A stretch of 59,802 bases of DNA, counting the filler, from Basidiobolus ranarum (lineage: Eukaryota), in the NCBI GenBank assembly GCA_040143965.1. It is 8 parts of 8 records of this genome, joined end to end, with 100 filler letters (N's around TTAATTAATTAA, not from the genome) between each part and the next. Parts side by side here need not be neighbours in the genome. Positions count along the whole stretch, not along the records: positions 44,967 to 52,336 come from JASJQH010001130.1; positions 52,437 to 59,802 come from JASJQH010001131.1; 6 more parts are not named here. One strand, written 5' to 3'. Below the pieces are notes generated by a model. It worked only from the letters and a program-made list of their open reading frames with translations, searched no databases and had not been told where the DNA came from. The position numbers and the translations under genes are program-made. Positions within the stretch are counted from its first letter, which is position 1. Each line of letters begins with the position of its first letter. Of this stretch, positions 52,080 through 59,802 are shown piece by piece.

Positions 52080-52336
52080 TATTAAAACTAATAAGCAAAA
52101 GAGGATGTTTTTATTATCTCGCTGACGACTGCCTTCTGAGAATCATTACCAAATGGGATCAGCCTTGGGTCATTATCCTTCCGCTCCGGTGTTATTACAG
52201 ATCACTCATAATCTGAATGGGCCTTTATAAAAGAGTGTGTCCTTGTTGGAAACTGAGATATACTTCTCAACGCTTTTCAACAATGAGGCTGCTCACATTT
52301 ATTTTGAGTTTAATACTGATAGTCCAAGTAGTGGCC
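52080..52336 (+). repeat. About 256-bp direct repeat, copy B, running into the contig end
   Basis: See copy A at 45888-46143. Confidence 0.95.
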
Positions 52337-52436
52337 NNNNNNNNNNNNNNNNNNNNNNNNNNNNNNNNNNNNNNNNNNNNTTAATTAATTAANNNNNNNN
52401 NNNNNNNNNNNNNNNNNNNNNNNNNNNNNNNNNNNN
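52337..52436. other. Artificial contig-joining spacer
   Basis: N44-TTAATTAATTAA-N44. Confidence 0.98.
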
Positions 52437-53150
52437 TACATGTCCAGGAGCTCCACAATAGAGGCATAGATTCTCTTGTTGGCATCAATATTTCTCCTCA
52501 GGGCTAAGCTTTCTGAAGCAAGTTCCATCAATTTGCATTGGGTCATCAGCTTGAGCTGTATTTTGTGTTTGATGGAAGGGAGGTCTGAAAGTAGATGATG
52601 AAGGAGAGAAGACAGGAACCATATATCTTTGTTGTTGTCTTTCAAACAATTGGTTGTCACATTTAACTGCCTGGTGGATAGCATCCATCAAGGTCACTGG
52701 GTCAGCCATAGTGAGTAAAAGATCCTTAATATTTTCTTGGAGTCCATATTGGAATTGGTTGATCAGGGCAGATTCTCCCCAATTGAGATTGCAGGCAAGA
52801 AGGCAGAATTCTGCAGCATAAGTTGATGCAGGTTTTGACCCTTGTTAAAGTGCACAGAGCTTGGTGGCTGAAGTTCTTTCTTTATCTGCATTTCAAAATG
52901 TAGCTTCAAGTTCAGTAAGAAAGACAAGGAAGTTTGAATGAAGTAGAGATTGACTTTCCTTCAAAGGAGCAAACCATGATAGAGCTGTTACTGGTGATAA
53001 TGTTTCCCCTGGGCCTACTTTTGTTTGGTCAGAGGGGTAGCAATGGGGATGTATCTGGATGATGAGTTTTATTTGGTTGATAGAAGCAAAACAGTTTTGG
53101 CAAGAGCCATCAAACTTATTTGGTAAGGAGATCCTGGGTTCAGGAGTTCG
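52437..53150 (-). mobile_element. Decayed Ty3/gypsy-type gag
   Basis: PRISLPNKFDG, QGSKPASTYAAEF..LACNLNWGESALINQF.YGL, DDPMQID and the zinc knuckle CLYCGAPGH. Confidence 0.82.
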
Positions 53151-53399
53151 ATTTTCACTATTTTCTCAAACCTCTCCAAATCAGCTCAAATTTTCAACCA
53201 TGCTTAACAGGCATGGTTGTTATTATCTAAGCATATCCAATAGTCCTATTTAATAGGAAGCTAAAAATAGCACATAATCATTTCAATAAACACTCAAATG
53301 TGTAAATCACATATCCAAATCTTGTCCAAAACACTTTTATCAATTTCACATTTGCATTCAACTAATTATTTTGTATTTCTCTTAAACCTGACTTATATC

Positions 53400-56300
53400 T
53401 TAATAACTCAAATTGTGCTTGAGCCAAAGGTTTGGTTAAGATGTTGGCAATGATTCTTGCAGCAGGGCAATAAACAAGTTCAACTATATCATTCTCTATT
53501 GCTTCTCTAACACAATGATGCCTAAAATCTATATGTTTTGTTCTAGCATGTAATGTAGGGTTTTTAGGTCAGGAAACACAACTTTGATTAACATCAAATA
53601 CAGAAATAATACACCTTTGCATGTATCCTAAGTCTGTAAATAACTTCCTTAAACACACAGCTTCTTGTGCAGTAGTAGAGGCAGCCTTATACTCTGCATT
53701 TATAGTGGAAGGTGTTATGGTTGGTTGTTTCCTAGTTATCAAAGCTATGGCTCCATTACCATAGACACTAGTGTACCCAGTTGTTGATCTTATATCATTT
53801 ATGCTTCTGCCCCAGTCTGCATCACCATAGACTTCAAAGTTTTGTGCATCAAGAGCTTATGGGTATTCCAGAACTAGAGTTAGCATACCTGGCAAATACA
53901 AAAATATTTGGTTCAGCGCACTTTTGTGTTCAGATCCTTGATTTCTAAGCTATTGGCTGGCAGTTCCAACTGACACAGCAATACCTGGACTTGTTCCAAC
54001 CACTGTATACTTTCAACTACCCACTGTGAATTAAAAAAGGAACTCCTGGCTCAGATTTGAGTCATTTTTGGCCAAGTTGGATGATATTTTGATTACTTCC
54101 ACATTGGGATCCAACGCCATTGCTAGAGGCTTGCTATTCTACATGTTGAAGTATTTTGAATCTCTAGGATGTATTTAGACTGACTCAGCATGATTTTGTG
54201 ACTGGGTGTATCTCTCTTGACTTGAAGAACAAGAAAATAAGTTAATTCACCTGCATCTGTCATATGAAAATTGGCTTCAAAAGCTGTTTTTTGTCTGATT
54301 AAGTGCTTCTAGATCAGATGATCATGTCATTCACATAAAGTGGCAAGATAAGAGTCTTATTTCTGGCTGTTTAGATGTAAATACTTTGTTCTTCTATGCA
54401 TTATTGGAATCCTAGTAATTTAAAATAGGTATCTCTCTTGTTGTACCATGCCCTGGGTATTGGCTTGAGTCCATGCAGCATTTTTGCAGTTTACACATGA
54501 TATCAGGGTATATTGGGTTAACAAATCCTATTGGTTGCTCCATAAAGTCCCCTTCTTCTAGCTTTCTGTTAAGAAAGGCTGTTTTTACATACATTTGATG
54601 TATATCAAAGTTATGGATGGCTGAGAGTGCTAGCGTTGATATAATGGAGCAAAACTTAGCTACTGGAGCTAAAGTTTGATCAAAATCAACTCCTGTAGTC
54701 TGGGAACAATCTTTTGTGAACAATCTTGCTTAGTACCCTTCTATGGTTCCATCAGCTTGGTTTCCAACATTGCGAACCCATTTGCATCCTATTGGCTTTC
54801 TTCTAGATGATAGAGTACTACAAACCTACATTCCATTGTCCTGAGGTGAAGAAAACTTAGTAGACATTGCTTTTTCCCATATCTTTGATTCTGGACACTG
54901 CAAAGCTTGATCTAGAGTTTGTAGCTTGTTGCAGAATGCTGCTTAGGCATATGCATCAGCTTTGGAAGTGTTCCACCAGTTTGCTGGATGACTTTTCATT
55001 CTGGATGATCTTTCAAGCTCTGAATCATCCTCTGAGGTAATTTGGGCAGGGAATTTTGTGGAATTGGGTTCAGATATAGTTTGAACTTTGACAGACACTT
55101 CCTGCATAGTGCTGATGGTATTCTGTGGAACAAAAACTGTGCTTTGAGGTGAAAGATTTGCTTTATCATTAAAAATCACATCACTGCACTTAGGTAACTT
55201 CTGATCTTTGGTATCAAACAGTCTGTAGGCCTTTGATCCATCATAGAAACTAAGAAATATGCAGTCTCACTTTTGGGTCCAAGAGTGCTTGTGAGCTGGA
55301 ATTAGGCAATATGCTGTGCAACCAAAGATAATGAGATGATCCACATTAGGTGTATATTCATATAGGGAGTCAAAGGGGCAGAATTTTGTAGCTATTTTGT
55401 TAGGCTTCTGCATTGGACAAAATCCAGCAAAGTCTTTCCAGCAGTATTCTACTAAATTATCACTCCTGTGTATGCTAATTTTTTGAGCTGCTTCTTTCTT
55501 TACTATTGCCTTGTAGTGCTTGTATGTAGCTAAGGCTTCAGATCTTGGTTTGAGAAAGAATATCCTTTTGGCCATCAATAATTATCAAAACATACCTTTT
55601 GCCACCTAGTGAGAGATCTTTCACAGTCCTCACATGTCAGAATGAATCAGTGCAAAATTCAGATTGGATTTAACTTTTCCAGAGCTTGAAAATGGCTGTC
55701 TGTGATGTTTTCCACTTATGCAACCTTCCCGCAGATCCAATTTGGCGTTATTTTCAAACTCTAAGCCTCAAACAAGCTGATTTTAATTTGTTTGGGTCAG
55801 TTCTTGCTGCCCAATTTGACCTGATCTTTGCTTCCATATCTGACAGCCTCCTTTAGCAGTTTTGGCCAAGTTGGCATGCTCAGAATGCCATTTGTAGAAT
55901 CCTATCTTGTATAGATTTTGAGTTGTGATACCAGTAGCTAATATTATAATGTTGTGACCTGTGATAGTGCTTCCAGCATTGCTGAACACAAATTTTAGTC
56001 CTTGAGTTTTTGCTTGGCTTATTGAGAGTAGATTCTTGGCTATATTAGGTACATAGAGTATGCCGTCTGATTTTGCAGATAGCAGAGTACATTGTCTAAT
56101 TTTGCAGATAGCATAGCTAGATCTGGTCTAAATTAAGTGCAGCTGTGCCCTACCAATTGCATCTAGTTCATAGTCATCATCTCCAAAGACTCTCCTTGTT
56201 TGGATGCTTTTTAAGCTGGAAAACCAAGCTTTCTTGCTTAATTTATGCTGGGAAGACATATGAATATTTGTGAGTCTTAGTTGATGGTTACTTTTAGGGA

Positions 56301-57180
56301 AGACACAAAAAGATAGTTCCCATCAGTGCTTACTTGATTTGCTTGTTCCAATTTTAGCTTTTTGGCAAATAATCTTTTTGTAAAATCATTGATAAAATTG
56401 CCTGCTTCTTGCAATAATTACGGATAATTGATTTCCTATTTGGGGCACTATTGTTGAAGTCTGTTATATGTTTTGCAACTACAAAGAATGCCTGATCTGC
56501 ATTATTTTGTTGAGAATTAGTTCCCCTTAATTACATATTCACAAGCCTAGCATCTACATATTCCTTAGTTGCTGGCTCCATTCTTGACTCTTAGGCAATT
56601 ATGAGGTACCCAAACTCATCTGGCAGGCCCCCAACTAGTGTCATGATCAATTTATCTTTATTTAGAGGTGCTTCAATGGATGAAAGCTGATCTGCCATAG
56701 TTCTTATCCAATTCATTTGATTAAGCATAAAATCATCAGAATTCATCTGAGTTTAGATTATTTTCACCCAAGATATAGCTTGTTAGCCATACTCTTAGTC
56801 TTATTAAGTCTATTAAATTTTTTCCAAGCAGTTTGGGAGTTTTTGGCTGAGTGTATGTGCCTCAATTGAGATTGTCTAAAATATAGACAAAGTGTAGAAA
56901 GTGTTTTCCACTGGTTCCTGTTAAAGGCAAGGATAGCTTCTGGTGGTCCCTTGTGTCTAAAATATAGACAAAGTGTAGAAAGTGTTTTCCACTGGTTCCT
57001 GTTAAAGGCAAGGATAGCTTCTGGTGGTCCCTTTGGCTCTATTGCATCTCCTGCAGCAAATCCCCACAGGTCTGTGTTTTCATGCACCATTTGGAAGTGT
57101 GTCTTCATCCTGATATAGATTTATGTATTATACACCTGACTTTTACCAATTGGTATATGTCCTATTTGTACTTTCTGTCA
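53400..57180 (-). mobile_element. Nearly complete but heavily decayed Ty1/copia gag-pol (gag, protease, integrase, RT, RNase H)
   Basis: LYVPNIAKNLLS, integrase HRSDN and FGCTAY, RT GVDFDQTLAPVAK and HQMYVKTAFLN, RNase H DADWG and TKHIDFRHH. Many stops and frameshifts. Confidence 0.92.
56873..57033. repeat. 81-bp-period tandem duplication inside copia gag (27 codons)
   Basis: TGTCTAAAATATAGACAAAG...CTGGTGGTCCCTT starts at 56873 and 56954, and the copies look identical. Confidence 0.95.
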
Positions 57181-57332
57181 ATTAAGACTATGGGATGTGC
57201 TTGGATCTTAAATAGCATGCCTACAAAGCATGGGTGACAATTTGCGGTGATTGGGATAAGTTTTGATAAGATACTGAAAATTGGTTAAAGTGATCTGATT
57301 ACCATTTATATTATTTAGATCAATAAACACAC

Positions 57333-59802
57333 ATGTGAAGGGAAGAATTGAGTCAATAGTCCTATTTAATAGTAAACTGTACAGAGGACATCCAAATCTT
57401 GTCCAAAACACTTCCAAATCCACTAAACACTTTTATCAGATTATGAGCCCCAAGCTAGCTGCTAAAGGTATGTCTAGCAGTATTATTAGCAAGGTTTTTG
57501 CATCAACAAAGAAGCTTAGTGGGGAGACTTAGATTTTTGGAAGTTGAAGATGCAAATGGTTCTAGAAGAGAAAAACCTGTGGGGATTTGTTGCAGGAGGA
57601 GAAAGAGGCCGATGGGACCACCAGAAACTATCCTTGCCTTTCACAAGACGCTAAGGAAAGCACTCTCCACAATATGTCTTCATCTCGGAGAATCTTAATT
57701 CAGGCACATGTTAGCCAAAAACATCCAAAATGCTTGGGAAACACTTGAGAGACTATATGAGACTAAAGGTTTGGCTAATAGGCTATATCTTGGGCAAAAT
57801 TACTATCAATTAAAATGAATACTGATGATTTTATTTGTAATTATATAAATTATACAGAAACTATGGCATATCAGCTCTCATCCATTGGAGCACCTCTAAA
57901 TGAAGATGACTCAGTCAGGACACTACTGTGAGCCTGCCAGACAAGTTTGGGAACCTCATAATTGTGCTGGAATCAAGATCCAAGCCATTAACAATGGAAT
58001 ATGTTGAAGCTCAACTTTTGAATGAGGAATTAAAGAGATCAAATTCTCAGCAAAATAATTCAAAACAGGCATTTTTTGGAGCTGTAAAACATCCAACAGC
58101 CTTCAATAATGGTTCCCCTAATAGGAAATCAATCATCTGCAAGTATTGCAAGAAACCAGGCCTTTTAATTGAAGATTGCAGAAAAAGGATTTTGCCAAAA
58201 AGTTACTATTGGAACATGCAAATGAAGTAAGCACTGATAGGAATGATCATTTTGTGTCTGCCCTATCAGTTACAACAAAGAAGACTCAGAAATGTGATAC
58301 ACTGGTTGAGGGGCTTTGCAGCATATGTCAAACCAGAAAGATTGGCATTCTAGCTTGAAAGCAATGCTAACAAGGAAAGTCTACTTAGATGATGACTATG
58401 CACTATATGCAGTTGGTAAGGGCACAGTTGTGCTCAATTTAGACCAAAATTCAGCTACATCATTTGCAAAATTAGATGATGTACTCTATGTACCAATTAT
58501 AGCCAAGAATCTACTCTCCACAAGCCAGGCAGCAACTCAAGGACTACAGATGTTGTTCAGCAAGACTGGATGCACTGACACAAGTTAGAATAATACCAAA
58601 TAGGCTACTTGGATCAAAACTTAATACCTATACAAGTTAGAAACCAACAAATTGCATTCTGAGCAGGCAAACTTGGCCAAAACTGGTGAAGTAAACTGTC
58701 AAACACAGCATATAAAATTGGGCCACATTGGGGAACAAAAACTGACCCAAATTAACTAAAATCAGCTTGTTTCAGGCTTGGAAATTGAAAATATCATTTA
58801 ATCAGATCTGTGTGAAGGTTGCATATATGGAAAACAGTACAGATGCCACTTTCAAGCTCTGGAGAGATCAAATCCACTCAAAATTTTGCCCTGGTTTATT
58901 TTCACCTCTGTGGGCCCATGAAAAATGCCGCACTAGGTGTGAAAAGGTACTTTATGACCTTTATTGTAGACAAAACAAGATATACTTGGGTATTTTTTCT
59001 CAAATCACAATCTGAAGCCTTAACTATGTTCAGGTATCAGAAAGCAATGATTGAGAAAGAATTAGCACAAAAAAAAGGCTAATAAGGAGTGATAATGGTG
59101 GAGAATACTGCTTTAAAGATTTTACTAGTTTTGGTTCTAACCATGGACTTAAGCAACAAGCTACAGTACCTTATACTTGACAGCTAAATGGAGTTGCAGA
59201 ATGTGCTGATAGGACCATGGTAGAGATGGGAAGATCAATGTTACGTGATCAAAAGTTAGATTACCAATATTAGGCTTAATCAGTCTCTACTTCAGTATGT
59301 ATCAAAAGCAATTACTTGCAAGGTTGCTGCATTTGAAGCCTCATACAGATCAAAACCAAGTGTGGATCATTCAAAGATCTTTGGTTGGATTGCTTATTGC
59401 CTAATTCCAGCTCAAAAACACTCTAAATTGGGGCCCAAAAGCAGAAAATGCAAATTTCTTAGTCACTGTGATAGATCTAAGGCCTACAGACTGTTTGATA
59501 CCAAATATCAGGAGTTAAATAAGGCCAGTGATGTGGTTTTTGATGAAAAAACATATTTTTCAACTCACATCACAGTTCATGATCCAGATAAAATGATCAG
59601 CACTATTCAGGAAGTGTATATCAAGATTCCAGTAGTATCTGAGCCCTATTCACATCAAAATTCCTGTCCTGAATACATCAGAGAATGATTCAGGACCCAG
59701 AAGGAGAAATAAGCCAAGGAACTGATGGAACACCTCCAATGATGATGTATATGCTTACGCAGCATTCTGTGATAAGCCACAGACAATCAACCAAGCTCTG
59801 GA
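57333..59802 (+). mobile_element. Second decayed Ty1/copia copy of the same family: LTR end (...TTTTATCA at 57438), PBS, gag, protease, integrase
   Basis: PBS-like GATTATGAGCCC at 57439-57450, then LPDKFGNLI, CKYCKKPG, VLYVPIIAKNLLS, IRSDNGGEY and KLGPKSRKC..KAYRLFD...DVVFDE. Confidence 0.92.

Overview
This is eukaryotic, fungal DNA with short (about 55-95 nt) GT-AG introns. The gene content suggests an early-diverging fungus, possibly Basidiobolus-like, but that is inference only. The window is not one locus. It is 8 unrelated contigs of about 7.4 kb, sorted by decreasing length (7408, 7408, 7396, 7395, 7385, 7374, 7370, 7366 nt) and joined by an artificial 100-nt N44-TTAATTAATTAA-N44 spacer, so synteny across spacers is meaningless. 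Intact genes: a Kre9/Knh1-like GPI cell-wall protein, a 7TM-RGS fusion (GprK/AtRGS1 architecture), ARF6, a group-II-like nucleoside diphosphate kinase with an N-terminal signal/anchor, acetyl-CoA synthetase, a class IV chitin synthase, a long coiled-coil protein, a secreted HExxH metalloprotease-like protein and samB/MUB1. GH20 hexosaminidase and TTI1 are cut by contig ends. Decayed sequence: many Ty1/copia pieces and solo LTRs, a Ty3/gypsy gag, a CACTA transposase, and pseudogenes of a P450, a subtilisin and the thioesterase of an A-T-TE quinone-synthetase-type NRPS-like enzyme. The most interesting signal is at 44967-45366 (-): the frameshifted N-terminal part of an apparent Fanzor1 (eukaryotic TnpB-derived RNA-guided nuclease). 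Its start is duplicated just upstream, and it lies next to a candidate TA|CAGTG transposon end whose flank recurs 6.2 kb away as a possible empty site. Repeats are strongly CpG-depleted relative to genes.
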